From Alkalispirochaeta sp. (GTDB taxonomy: Bacteria > Spirochaetota > Spirochaetia > DSM-27196 > Alkalispirochaetaceae): a stretch of 64,000 bases of DNA. Below the pieces are notes generated by a model. The model saw only the letters and a list, made by a program, of their open reading frames with translations, was not told where the DNA came from and made no database searches. Location: NCBI GenBank assembly GCA_965601925.1, contig OZ271854.1, forward strand, positions 1,152,001 through 1,216,000, given 5' to 3'. Shown in pieces: positions 8,907 through 18,927 of the stretch. Positions within the stretch are counted from its first letter, which is position 1, and each line of letters starts with the position of its first letter. A program made the position numbers and the translations under genes.

Positions 8907-10244
8907 TCACCCCGCCACCGCCTCGTCGGCGAGACCGCTATTCCCGGAGTAGTGCCCCGACAGTTGCCGATATGCCCGCGAGCCCATGGCGGCGAGGGTC
9001 ACCGCAAGTCCGATAACGCCGGCGACGATGAAGACCAACGCCATGGCGCGCACCGCCCCGGTACCGAACCAGGCGCCGATCGACGCGACGCCGCCGCCGG
9101 TCGTCATAAAGGGAATCACCCACAAGTCCGCAACGGGCCCGATCAAAAACGCCGTAACGGGAGAGGCGGCGGTCTCCACGGCCTGGGCAAAACCGAAGAC
9201 GCGTCCCTGTACCTCAAAGGGGACCACTCGTTGGACGATGGTCTGCTCCGCCGCCTCAACCGCCGGCATAAGGCACAGGTAGATGAAAAACCCGACGATG
9301 AGCGGCACGACCGACGAGTAGAGCGGAAAGAGGATCGTGACCGTCCACATGGTGATATTGGCGAGAAAGAGCGTGCGGAGCGGCGACGTACCGAGCCCAC
9401 GCCGCGCGACGACGATTCCCCCCAGAATGAACCCCACACTCAAAAAGCCCCAGATGATACCCCACACTTCAACCGATACGAGTTCCAAGCCGTACGGATC
9501 GATGAGGGACATGAAAACGCCGCCTAAAAAGTTGTTGAAAGTTGAAAAGAAGATGAGGCCGAAGAGTCCCGGGACGGCGGCGATCGCCGCCACGGCGCCT
9601 TTGACGTCGATCGCGGGCGCCGGTCGCTCTCCGTCGCGGGTCGGTGTACCGGCCACGTCCGGTTCCGGAATCGCGATCGATAGAAGGTCGAGACAGGTCA
9701 CGACGGTCAGCACCACCGAGATACCCAGGGCCCAGGTCATACCGAGCCTGCCGACGACCAAACCGCTGAAGACGGTCGTAACGGCAAAGGAGATACCGTT
9801 GACGGTCCCGACCAACCCGTTTGCCCTATCGCGTTCGCCGTCGGGCACCAGGAGTGTCACACAAGTGGATAGGGCGATTCCGCGCACGTTACCGATCACC
9901 GAGCCTGAGAGAATGATAAGTACGAAGGCCCAGAATCGTAGGCTCGTGAGCACTAAGATGCTCCCCGGCGGTGAGAAGAGAAAGAGTAGTGTTGCAGCCA
10001 CAAATGCGGCGAGCGATACGACGTTGGAAAAGAGCATCGCCCCTTTCTTCTTGTGGCGATCGACGAAGGTACCGAAGAGGAAGCCCGAGAGGGCGGAGAG
10101 CAGCATGAACGAGCCGCCGATGATCGAGGTCGCCAGAACCGACCGTGTTTCGAGGTACGCCCAATAGGTCACGGAGAACCAGAGAAAGTTGGTAGTGAGG
10201 CCGGCGGCCATTGTGTTGATCAATAGTCTATGAAACGGTTTCAT
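8907..10244 (-). CDS. MFS efflux-type transporter (DHA3-like)
   Basis: About 12 hydrophobic segments, GTFVDRHKKK motif A, QGRVFG; AAGGAG before ATG 10244. Confidence 0.9.
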   Translation of the reverse strand: MKPFHRLLINTMAAGLTTNFLWFSVTYWAYLETRSVLATSIIGGSFMLLSALSGFLFGTFVDRHKKKGAMLFSNVVSLAAFVAATLLFLFSPPGSILVLTSLRFWAFVLIILSGSVIGNVRGIALSTCVTLLVPDGERDRANGLVGTVNGISFAVTTVFSGLVVGRLGMTWALGISVVLTVVTCLDLLSIAIPEPDVAGTPTRDGERPAPAIDVKGAVAAIAAVPGLFGLIFFSTFNNFLGGVFMSLIDPYGLELVSVEVWGIIWGFLSVGFILGGIVVARRGLGTSPLRTLFLANITMWTVTILFPLYSSVVPLIVGFFIYLCLMPAVEAAEQTIVQRVVPFEVQGRVFGFAQAVETAASPVTAFLIGPVADLWVIPFMTTGGGVASIGAWFGTGAVRAMALVFIVAGVIGLAVTLAAMGSRAYRQLSGHYSGNSGLADEAVAG

Positions 10245-10281
10245 GCACGTTACTCCTTGTGTTGCGCCACGGTGAGGGCAT

Positions 10282-10674
10282 TCAGTCCTGCTTCGTATGC
10301 CCGTCCGTATCGCGTACCGAGTCGTCGCCCTTCGCGGCGTCCTCGTCTCCGGCCTGCAACTGTGCGAGGTACTCGTCCAGCCGGTCGAAGCTCTCCTCCC
10401 AGAAGCGGCGGTATTGCTCGATCCACCCCGATGCACGCTGGAGCGGTTCGGGCCTGAGCCTACACGGCCTCCATTGGGCCTCGCGTGTGCGTGTGATGAG
10501 CCCCGCCCGCTCCAGAACCTTGAGATGCTTCGAGATTCCCGGGAGACTCATTTCGAACGGCTCGGCGAGCTCCATGACCGAGGCCTCACCGGCCGACAGG
10601 CGCGTGAGGATCGCTCGGCGAGTGGGATCGGCGAGGGCTGCGAACGTTTTACTCAGTTCGTCGGTTGCTATCAT
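10282..10674 (-). CDS. ArsR/SmtB regulator (SRPBCC-associated type)
   Basis: FAALADPTRRAIL..L...SV.ELAEPF.MSLP.ISKHLKVLERAGLI..AQWRPC. Confidence 0.92.
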   Translation of the reverse strand: MIATDELSKTFAALADPTRRAILTRLSAGEASVMELAEPFEMSLPGISKHLKVLERAGLITRTREAQWRPCRLRPEPLQRASGWIEQYRRFWEESFDRLDEYLAQLQAGDEDAAKGDDSVRDTDGHTKQD

Positions 10675-10687
10675 TTATTTAACCCTT

Positions 10688-10736
10688 TAGCTAATTAGCT
10701 ATTAAGTAAAATAAACGATATGAACACCGCCGTCAA
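10688..10736 (-). promoter_or_regulatory. sigma70-like promoter and palindromic operator for the ArsR-MFS-SRPBCC run
   Basis: TTGACG (10736-10731)-N17-TATTTT (10713-10708); perfect palindrome TAGCTAATTAGCTA at 10688-10701. Confidence 0.62.
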
Positions 10737-10965
10737 GCTTTTTTTTCGTAATGTTGTCTCGCGGTGCGACACAAGACCGCGTTAGGGAGTTCGGCTCTCC
10801 CTCCTCGAGGCCGGTCGCCGTCGTATCCGGCCCGGCAGTCGGCTTGCGGTTGTTTGAGTGGGTTCGGTCATCGTCACACATGGAGCTGATAGACATCGCA
10901 GACAAACGGTAGGCCCAACTCTCTCGCCGATACGCGACTCGAGCCGTAGAAGGTACCGCAGCTTC

Positions 10966-11007
10966 TTTACACTCGTTTAACGGTGTTATATCGTTTTATC
11001 GCGATAT
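10966..11007 (+). promoter_or_regulatory. Candidate arsR promoter/operator
   Basis: TTTACA-N17-TATCGT; inverted repeat ATATCG-N8-CGATAT overlapping the ATG; no SD sequence. Confidence 0.5.
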
Positions 11008-11323
11008 GACGATAAAAGAAATGCGGGATCTACCGAGGGACATGCAAGAGCTCGGCAGCTTTTTTAAGGCCTTAGCGGGCGAAACCAGGCAGAGAGTTCT
11101 GTGCATGTTCCTGTGCGCACAAGAGCTGTCGGTGAACGAAGTCGCGGAGCGCATCGGAATCGGACAATCGACCGCGTCGGAAAGCCTGGACGTGCTGAGG
11201 CGAACCGGTATGCTCACGGCGCGCCGAAGCGGCAGAACCGTGTTCTATCGAGCCGATCGCGCACGAGCGTTGGAACTGGTGGAGAAGCTTCGCCGGTTCC
11301 TCACCACGTGCTGTACGGACTAA
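11006..11323 (+). CDS. arsR: ArsR-family regulator with C-terminal Cys pair
   Basis: FKALAGETRQRVL...ELSVNEVA HTH; ends TTCCTD; directly upstream of arsM. Confidence 0.78.
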   Translation: MTIKEMRDLPRDMQELGSFFKALAGETRQRVLCMFLCAQELSVNEVAERIGIGQSTASESLDVLRRTGMLTARRSGRTVFYRADRARALELVEKLRRFLTTCCTD

Positions 11324-11387
11324 CGGGGTCGGTTCTTTCAAGGCGTCGCGGTCGGCGGCCGGCGTAGGTTGCTTGCAGGAGGACAAT

Positions 11388-12215
11388 ATGCCGCTCTCAC
11401 GTAAGAAGATAGAAGGGGAATACACGGCTGCAATTCACGGACGCGGGGCCGGACTCGTTGCCGGGACCGGAAAGGCGCGGTTTGCCGCATACGCCCCCGC
11501 ATCGGTATCGGAGGAGCTACTGGAAACCTCGTTCGGATGCGGCGATCCGGTGGCGTTCAGTCGGATCGAACCGGGCCAGACCGTGGTAGATCTCGGTTGC
11601 GGCGCCGGTCTCGACCTGATCCTTGCGGCGCAACGGGTCGGCCCGACCGGACGCGTAATCGGCGTAGACGCGAGTGAAGCGATGATCGAACGCGCTCGGG
11701 ACAACGCCCAAAGATCTCGATTCACCAACATCGACATTCGGCACGGCGCGATCGAGTCGCTTCCGGTGGCGGATGCGTCCGTCGATTGGGTCATCTCAAA
11801 CTGCGTTATCAATCTTTCGAGCGACAAAGAGCGCGTGTTTCGCGAGATCGCCCGCGTCTTGCGACCGGGAGGACGGATGTTGGTCTCGGATATCGTGGCG
11901 GAAGGACTTCCGCGCTGGATACGTCGCACCGGGCTCCTTGTCGCCGCGTGCGTCGCGGGGGCGATAACCGAGAAGCGATACCTCGAAGGGCTTGAAACCG
12001 CCGGGTTAAGCGGTGCAACGATACTGGCACGCCGGTACTACGAGGCGTCTCAGTTCGCCGCGGTGGTCGTAGATATGCTCCCGCGCTGGATGAGGCGCAT
12101 TCGCTGTTGCGGACGGCAGCCGGCTATGGCCCTTTTCACCCGTATCGCTCGTCCCTTTGCCGGGCGACTGTGGAGCGTCCGGGTAAGTGCCGTGCTTCCG
12201 GCTCGCATGGAGTAG
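11388..12215 (+). CDS. arsM: Arsenite S-adenosylmethionine methyltransferase
   Basis: SFGCGDP, VDLGCGAG.D, ISNCVINL, CVAGA: the ArsM cysteine motifs. Confidence 0.82.
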   Translation: MPLSRKKIEGEYTAAIHGRGAGLVAGTGKARFAAYAPASVSEELLETSFGCGDPVAFSRIEPGQTVVDLGCGAGLDLILAAQRVGPTGRVIGVDASEAMIERARDNAQRSRFTNIDIRHGAIESLPVADASVDWVISNCVINLSSDKERVFREIARVLRPGGRMLVSDIVAEGLPRWIRRTGLLVAACVAGAITEKRYLEGLETAGLSGATILARRYYEASQFAAVVVDMLPRWMRRIRCCGRQPAMALFTRIARPFAGRLWSVRVSAVLPARME

Positions 12216-12461
12216 CAACCCGCTCTTTCCGACTGCACCAGCCGTCGCACAGATGCGATAGCGGCTCACATTGCAACAGGCGCGCTTCCGCCACGGCGCC
12301 GGTCCGAAAAAACGGAGGACGCGGCGTAGCGTGCTCGCTGTGAAGGGTCGTTACAGGTACCGCGCGATCCATCGTCAATCTTCGAGGACCTCTGCGCACC
12401 TTAGCAAGAATTGCCAAGACCGACACTCTGAACGCCGGCATGCTTCTCACCGGGGGTTGTT

Positions 12462-12863
12462 ATGAGAAACGTATGCCCGTTTATCATCTTTTCAGGAACC
12501 TGTCGGGAAGCGATGGAGTTTTACCGCGACTGTTTTCGTGGAACCATCACCACGATGCAGACCGTCGGTGATTCGCCGCTCGGCGTGACGGGGAAGCATG
12601 CCGGTCGGATCTTCAACGCAGTCCTGGAGGCCGACGGATTGCGGCTGATGGCGAGCGATGACCAACCCGATCGGCCCGTCGTCGCCGGAGACACCGTGTC
12701 GGTGTTTGTCTCGTTCTCCGACGCAGATGATCAACGTTCGGTCTACGATTCGCTTGCACGCGGCGGGACGGTTATCATGGATCTGGATGATACGATGAGC
12801 GGCTCCGGGTTCGCGATGGTCCGCGACCGTTTCGGGGTAAGCTGGATGCTCGCATTGCAGTAA
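12462..12863 (+). CDS. VOC/PhnB (YjdN-like) protein
   Basis: F.G.CREAMEFY..CF, LMASD, DRFGVSWML. Confidence 0.88.
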   Translation: MRNVCPFIIFSGTCREAMEFYRDCFRGTITTMQTVGDSPLGVTGKHAGRIFNAVLEADGLRLMASDDQPDRPVVAGDTVSVFVSFSDADDQRSVYDSLARGGTVIMDLDDTMSGSGFAMVRDRFGVSWMLALQ

Positions 12864-12873
12864 AGGGGGCGCG

Positions 12874-13785
12874 GTGCCGACGAACTACTGGGTGGAACGG
12901 GTCAATCGAGCGATCAATCGGGTTCGCATGGAGCCTGAGCGAGCGTGGTCGGTCGAAGATGTTGCCCGGGAGTCCGCCGCATCGCCATTCCACTTTCACC
13001 GCATCTTTTCCGCAGTCACCGGAGAGACGGTGGCAGCATTCGTGCGGCGCGTCCGTCTCGAACACGCCGCGTATCTCCTGAAGTCGGGGCCGTCGCGGTC
13101 GATTACCTCGGTTGCGATGAAGTTGGGCTTCGCGAGCTCCGCGGAGTTCTCGCGAGAGTTCAGGCGTGAGTACGGCGTCGCTCCGAGCCGATGGGACCGT
13201 AACTCGCGCATCGATCGTATTCCCAAAGTGAACGCCGCGGCACACCGGCCCGAACCGGTAGCTGCGACCGTCATATCGGTGCCGAAATGCCGCGTAGCCT
13301 TCATCCGGATGAAGACGTGGTTCGAGATTCCGGTGCTGCAACGCGGATATGACCTGCTCGTGGAGGCCCTTGAAGCGGACGGGTTCGATTGGCGCTCCGG
13401 CCGCCTCGTCGGCATGAGCTGGGACAACTACGAGACGACGCCCCTCGAACTGGTTACCTATGACCTGGGGTTCGTCGTTCCCGCCTCCTTCGAACCGCGC
13501 GCAGGGCTCACATGCGTCGACCTGCCGGCCCACGATGCGGTCACGGTGCGGTGCGCCGGCGAGCTACGGCTCGTTGCGGACGCCTGGGACTTTCTCTATG
13601 AACGGTGGCTTCCCGAACACGAGCGTGAGCCGGATAGTCTCCCAACCATGAAGTGGTTCGTCCGCCGCCCGGACGAGATCGGCTGGGATCGTTGGGAGGT
13701 CGATTGTGCGATCCCGTTGGCGGCCGCATGGGGGACCGCATCTCTTCGTGCGGCCGAAGTGGGCCGTGGGAAAACGGGGCGATGA
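12874..13785 (+). CDS. AraC regulator with GyrI-like effector domain
   Basis: SPFHFHRIF..VTGE, GFASSAEFSREFRREYG; C-terminal YDLG...W..LYERWLP. Confidence 0.9.
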   Translation: MPTNYWVERVNRAINRVRMEPERAWSVEDVARESAASPFHFHRIFSAVTGETVAAFVRRVRLEHAAYLLKSGPSRSITSVAMKLGFASSAEFSREFRREYGVAPSRWDRNSRIDRIPKVNAAAHRPEPVAATVISVPKCRVAFIRMKTWFEIPVLQRGYDLLVEALEADGFDWRSGRLVGMSWDNYETTPLELVTYDLGFVVPASFEPRAGLTCVDLPAHDAVTVRCAGELRLVADAWDFLYERWLPEHEREPDSLPTMKWFVRRPDEIGWDRWEVDCAIPLAAAWGTASLRAAEVGRGKTGR

Positions 13786-13786
13786 T

Positions 13787-14098
13787 ATGGATATCGCGCA
13801 AGAGATAGCGGCATGGAACGGGAAGTCGGCCGAGGGAATCGAACGAGTATGTCATCATACCGAACATTTCATGAACTCAGTAGCGGAACACGCAAAGTAC
13901 GTAGAGGCTTTCTTGCGGAAGACACCGACCGACTCAAACAAGTTTGTTCGGGCGTGGTCGTACCATGAGCTCTATAAACCGGCGAGACACCATGCCGAGT
14001 ATCGCGACGAACTCGAGGCGACGTTTGAAACGGCGATGCGCAATGAAGCTGCATCCGTACGCGATAGAATTCGCGCCGTCATGAAGAACGGTCTATAA
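13787..14098 (+). CDS. Helical hypothetical protein, possibly degraded
   Basis: WNGKSA...DSNKFVRAW...AMRNEAASVR.RIR; starts 1 bp after the AraC stop. Confidence 0.5.
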   Translation: MDIAQEIAAWNGKSAEGIERVCHHTEHFMNSVAEHAKYVEAFLRKTPTDSNKFVRAWSYHELYKPARHHAEYRDELEATFETAMRNEAASVRDRIRAVMKNGL

Positions 14099-14225
14099 CA
14101 ATCGAGATGCGCTCGACCTCCGAACGCCGTTGCACTCCTCTTTTCGATTTCCGGTAATGTGCGACCCTCGGCAATGATCATACTCAACGGCGATCGGTGG
14201 CTCACGCGCGCATCATACCTTGTCC

Positions 14226-16448
14226 ATGCGGCGCGAACCGAGTAGCGTTCTTACCATGCGAGGGCGTAGCGGCGTCGCCGGCGGTGCGGCACCATTTTTT
14301 GTTTTGATCTATCTGTTACTGGTTCCCGGGCTCGCGTGGGCGGTCGATGAGTACCAAGATCTCTCGATGACTCACGAGATCACGCGATTGCTCCTGGCGC
14401 TGGGCGTGGTGGTGCTTGCCGCCAAGGCCGGTGGAGCGATCGCCAGACGCCTGAGGCTTCCCGAGCTATTGGGCGAGGTGTCCGCCGGCCTCGCCTTGGG
14501 ACCGTACGCGCTCGGGAGCGTCGGTCTCCCGACATTTCCGAACGGCCTCGTGCCGTTAACCGACGGAGCCTTTCCGATTTCGCTGCAACTCTACGGTTTT
14601 GCCGCGGTGGGAGCGGTGGTGCACGTGTTGGCGGTGGGACTCGAGTCCGATAGCGGAGTCTTTGCACAAGCCGGCCGTCGTGGACTCCCGGTGGCGATCG
14701 GAAGCAGTCTTTTGAGTCTGGTGGTCGGCGCGGCGGTGCCGATCTTGTTTTTCGGCCTACCCGTCATTGACCGGAGGGTGATCTTCTTCGCCGCACTCTC
14801 GGTATCGACGTCGTTGGGGGTGCAGGCTCGTATTCTGCACGAACACCACAAGATGGCGACTCCGGAGGGTGTGGCGGTCGTGAGTTCGTCTCTTATGCAG
14901 GACGGATTTGCGATAGTATTTTTGGCAATTGCACTCGCGGTAGGCGGTATCGAGCTTGGCCGCGACACGAATGCGTCATTTGTTACGACGGTGCTCCCCG
15001 TCGCCCTATTGGCGTTCGTCATCCTCGTCGGCGGCGGGGTGCTCGCCTACGTGGGAGCACCGCGGCTCGCTCGGCTGTTTCGGGAGCGACTCTCGCCCAA
15101 CTTGTTCGCGGTCGTCGTGGTCGGTATCACGCTCTTTGTTTCGGCGTTGTTCGAGGCTTTCGGCGTCGCCTCCATTATCGGCGCGTACATCATCGGAATC
15201 GCATTCTCGCGGACCGATATGGCCGATGTGCTGGCGGAAAAGACGCAGCCGATCTCAGAGTTCTTCGTACCGATTCTCTACGTGGTGATGGGGATGCTCG
15301 TCGACTGGCGCGTCCTCTTTGATCCCCGGATACTTCTGCCGGGAATCGGCTTTGCGTTCCTTTCGGCGGCGGCGAAGATCATCGGCTCGGGTGTACCGGC
15401 CCTTGCGTCGGGATTCAACCGCTTAGGAGCGCTGCGCGTGGGATTGGGAACGGTGTGTCGTGGCGAGGTTGCACTGATTATCGCGTCGGTCGGGTTGGCG
15501 CTCGGAGACTTCTCCGCGGAAATCTTCCAGATTATGGTCGTGATGATTGTCGTATCGGTCGCGCTGGGTGCACCGGCGCTCTCTCTGACGTTACGCCGCT
15601 CCGGTTCCGGCACGCGCGGGCGGTGGGGGGAGCGCGATACCGAGATCACGCGAATCGACCTGCCGAACGAGGAGCTCTCCGACCTCATCACCGACGGCAT
15701 TCTCCGGGTTGCGGACGACGACGGTTTTTTTGTGCACCGCCTCGAGCTGGCCGGCACCGTCTACCGACTGCGACGGGACGACGTCTACCTCACCATAAAT
15801 CGCGATCCGACAAGCCTCCGGATCGTGAGCGACCCCCGCGATACCGGGCTCGCCAAGACGATGCTCTATGAAGTGATCGTACACGTTCGGGACCGCGTCG
15901 CACGAATCACCGAAGTAACCGTTCCCAAAGAGCTGCGTCGCGATGTGGCCGGCGGCGGTACGACTGCAGTGAATCTGAGCGACTATCTGAGCCCGGCAAC
16001 CGCCTTCGTAGGGCTCAAGGCGACCGACAAAGAAACGGCGATTCGCGAACTTGTCTCCGGCTTGGCGCGCGCCGGCCGCATCACCGACGGCGAGCAAGTC
16101 TACCGCGACGTCATGGAGCGCGAGGCGACCGTCAGCACCGGCATGGAGCACGGCCTCGCGATACCCCACGCACGGACTCCCGGGGTCGACGGCATAGCGG
16201 TGGCGGTCGGTATCGCGCCGGACGGCATCGACTTCCAAGCATTAGACGGCGAGCCGACGCGCATTATCTTTCTTATTGCATCTTCACCGGACGACCGCGG
16301 GCCGCACCTTCAGCTTCTTGCGGCCATCGCGAAGCAAATGCGCGAGCCCGAACGGCGTGAGGCCGTTCTTCGCGCCGACGACGCGACTACGCTTGTGCGA
16401 GCGATCGTCGGGGAGAAAGCGTCGACGCCCGGCCGAAGCGCACGGTAG
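14226..16448 (+). CDS. CPA2 cation:proton antiporter fused to a C-terminal PTS EIIA domain
   Basis: PELLGE..AG..LGP, GLESD, FFVP....G, RGEVALI; then ERE..STG..HGLAIPHAR..DFQALDG...HLQLLA. Confidence 0.9.
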   Translation: MRREPSSVLTMRGRSGVAGGAAPFFVLIYLLLVPGLAWAVDEYQDLSMTHEITRLLLALGVVVLAAKAGGAIARRLRLPELLGEVSAGLALGPYALGSVGLPTFPNGLVPLTDGAFPISLQLYGFAAVGAVVHVLAVGLESDSGVFAQAGRRGLPVAIGSSLLSLVVGAAVPILFFGLPVIDRRVIFFAALSVSTSLGVQARILHEHHKMATPEGVAVVSSSLMQDGFAIVFLAIALAVGGIELGRDTNASFVTTVLPVALLAFVILVGGGVLAYVGAPRLARLFRERLSPNLFAVVVVGITLFVSALFEAFGVASIIGAYIIGIAFSRTDMADVLAEKTQPISEFFVPILYVVMGMLVDWRVLFDPRILLPGIGFAFLSAAAKIIGSGVPALASGFNRLGALRVGLGTVCRGEVALIIASVGLALGDFSAEIFQIMVVMIVVSVALGAPALSLTLRRSGSGTRGRWGERDTEITRIDLPNEELSDLITDGILRVADDDGFFVHRLELAGTVYRLRRDDVYLTINRDPTSLRIVSDPRDTGLAKTMLYEVIVHVRDRVARITEVTVPKELRRDVAGGGTTAVNLSDYLSPATAFVGLKATDKETAIRELVSGLARAGRITDGEQVYRDVMEREATVSTGMEHGLAIPHARTPGVDGIAVAVGIAPDGIDFQALDGEPTRIIFLIASSPDDRGPHLQLLAAIAKQMREPERREAVLRADDATTLVRAIVGEKASTPGRSAR

Positions 16449-16656
16449 CGTCACGGCGAGGCGCGACGGGTGGGAAACCGCTTCACCGACGTGGTGAGGA
16501 GGACTCGGAGTGAGGCGCGGCGGCGCCGACGGTCGAACGGATCAATCCGGAGTGACGGCGCCTCTCGATCGACATTTGTGCCAAGGAGTGGACACGTGAT
16601 AGCGATCACTGTGCCTTGTTCCGAACCGGTCTTGCATCCTTCACGGAAGAGTTTTT

Positions 16657-17679
16657 TCAGTTTGCCGGAGATTGTTCTATCGTAACGGTGGTGCGGGTGT
16701 TCTCGACAACAATCATCTTCTCGATTACGTAGTATTCCATATCTCTGCTTTCAATCAGCTCGAATCCGTATCGAGCGCCCGCGAATATCGGGTGATAATG
16801 AAACAGCACCACGTCTCCGCCTTCCAACTGCACCGGCTGCCCGCTTAGCAGGTTCCGGTTGTCCAATCCGGCAAACCACGGATGGTCTTCGGCTCCGTAG
16901 ACAAAATCGGCGTAGCGAGGATCGTTGAGTTCGTAGCTTCGTGCGTAGCGCACATCGACGGGATGCCATCTCCCTTGCTCATCCAAGTACTCTATCCATT
17001 CGTGGTGAAACTCGTACGTTGTTGGATCATCATGATGTCGCACGGCACCGTTTACGGTCCGGGCGGGTATCCCGGAGGCCCGGCAAAGAGCGACGAGCAA
17101 TCTCGAATAGTTGATACACACCCCGACTCCCCTCGCCAGAGTCATCGATGCCGGAACGGAAGCGGGTCGCCCTCCACCGATTCGTACATACGTTAGGTAC
17201 TTCACGACATAGTCGCCGATCCGACGGACCGCATCGGGTCGTTCGAGCCCGGACAGATCGAGTTCTCGAACAACGGACTGAATCGACGGGTCCTGCCAGT
17301 CGATATAGCGGTTCTGTTCCAACCACGTTATACAGGCCTCCGAAATGCGACGATACGAAGCGGTTTCTCGTCCCGTAACGGTGTATCGAACCGTCAGCGC
17401 GGCAGAGCTATCGATGTCCGATAGCGCAACGCGTGCCCAAGCGTTGCCGAGACCGTCCGTTTCGACGCCGTGTTCATACGGCAGATCATCTATCGACACG
17501 ACGGTCGAGAATGCGGGCGATGCGATGCTCCCAAGGGGAATCAGCAGGTGCGCGTCCCTGGATGCGCGGAATGTAGCTCTCCACGTCGAGTCGGGGGCGC
17601 GGTATGTTACCGGTTGCGTAGAACAGGACGCCATCACACAAAGCAGCGGCAACAGTCGGTATCGAATACTCCTCGTCAT
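16657..17679 (-). CDS. Transglutaminase-like lipoprotein
   Basis: Lipobox MASC; GVCINYS..LCRASGIPAR, HEWIE, WHPVD (Cys-His-Asp). Confidence 0.82.
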   Translation of the reverse strand: MTRSIRYRLLPLLCVMASCSTQPVTYRAPDSTWRATFRASRDAHLLIPLGSIASPAFSTVVSIDDLPYEHGVETDGLGNAWARVALSDIDSSAALTVRYTVTGRETASYRRISEACITWLEQNRYIDWQDPSIQSVVRELDLSGLERPDAVRRIGDYVVKYLTYVRIGGGRPASVPASMTLARGVGVCINYSRLLVALCRASGIPARTVNGAVRHHDDPTTYEFHHEWIEYLDEQGRWHPVDVRYARSYELNDPRYADFVYGAEDHPWFAGLDNRNLLSGQPVQLEGGDVVLFHYHPIFAGARYGFELIESRDMEYYVIEKMIVVENTRTTVTIEQSPAN

Positions 17680-17990
17680 GTCACGATCCTGTTCGCGCAT
17701 GCTACGCTCGATCGACGAGAAAGTTAACACCTCACAACGCCCATCCGGACGTCGCGACGGTGTTTGATAGAAAAGCCGCGAGGCTTATATGGTATGTTGA
17801 TTCCAGACAGTTCTCATTCTTCCTGATGTATGACGACCATTATCGGGCCCGCGGTTTTGTCGCTTCACTACGGGCGCCGGTGGAGACGTCGAGTCATGCC
17901 CAAGAATCCGTGGACCGGTCACCAAGCTGGGATATCAACCGCCGTCGGTCACCTTCTTTCCCGTAGTCCTTGCGGTTGATAACATGCCGT

Positions 17991-18614
17991 GTGAACAGGC
18001 AAATCCTCTCATTCGTTTATGAGACCGTACACGGAGCGTGTCGACGGCCGTCGAACATTTTCGGCTATGGCATTTGGACGCACCATATCCGACCAATGAT
18101 GGAGATAGCCAAAAAACTGTCGCCGTTGCACCAAGCCGACCTCGAAATCGTGCTGCTTGGCGTTCTCCTGCACGACTATGCGGCAATCCTCGACGAGAGA
18201 TTTGTCGAGCAACATCATATTTACGGTGCAGATGAGGCCCGCAAGATGTTGTCCGGGAAGGCGTATTCGAACGAACGAATACTCGTGGTTGAAGATGCGA
18301 TCCGCGCACACCGCGGGAGCGTCCCGACTGACAAAACCACTCGTGAGGCACGGTGTTTGGCAGACTGTGACGCGGTTTCACACATCCAACAGTTTCCATC
18401 TTTGTTCTATGTCATCTACGCGAAGAGAATGCGGACAATCGATGACGGGATCGAATGGGTCAAGAACAAACTCGAGAGGGACTGGAGCAAACTAAGCCCC
18501 GTGGGACACGACTACATTCGTGAGGTGTACGACGGACTAATGAATGCGCTCTCCGCAGCGTCTGCTGCCGCGCAACATACGAGCGTCTACGAACCGGAAT
18601 GGGAATCACCATAA
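17991..18614 (+). CDS. HD-domain phosphohydrolase
   Basis: HHI...LLHDY...HH..GA...HRG...LADCDAVSH. Confidence 0.85.
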   Translation: MNRQILSFVYETVHGACRRPSNIFGYGIWTHHIRPMMEIAKKLSPLHQADLEIVLLGVLLHDYAAILDERFVEQHHIYGADEARKMLSGKAYSNERILVVEDAIRAHRGSVPTDKTTREARCLADCDAVSHIQQFPSLFYVIYAKRMRTIDDGIEWVKNKLERDWSKLSPVGHDYIREVYDGLMNALSAASAAAQHTSVYEPEWESP

Positions 18615-18927
18615 CATCGACGCTCGAGACGAGCGATACGCGACGTCGGAGTTCAACGATCCTGTTTCGCTGGAGTTTTCGTTGGGCGAAATTCGTTCAT
18701 CCGTTACGTCTACTCATAGTGAGAGACGGACGTATGACGTTACCAACTTGCGTATCGGATCAGATATGTTTTTCTATTACGGCCGGCACTAAATCGTTGC
18801 GGCCAACCAAAAATGTACGCGGCCGCATAACACCGCGTTGGACCGATCCGTCTACTTTGTCGCGGCTTTTGTGCGCGCTAAAGTCGCGCCAATCCCTCCG
18901 CCGCTGCGCGATTCCGGCGTGGGAGCG

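Noticed and set aside
18615..18927. ORFs 18544-18792 and 18599-19069
   Set aside because: No RBS or recognisable motif, and they overlap real genes.
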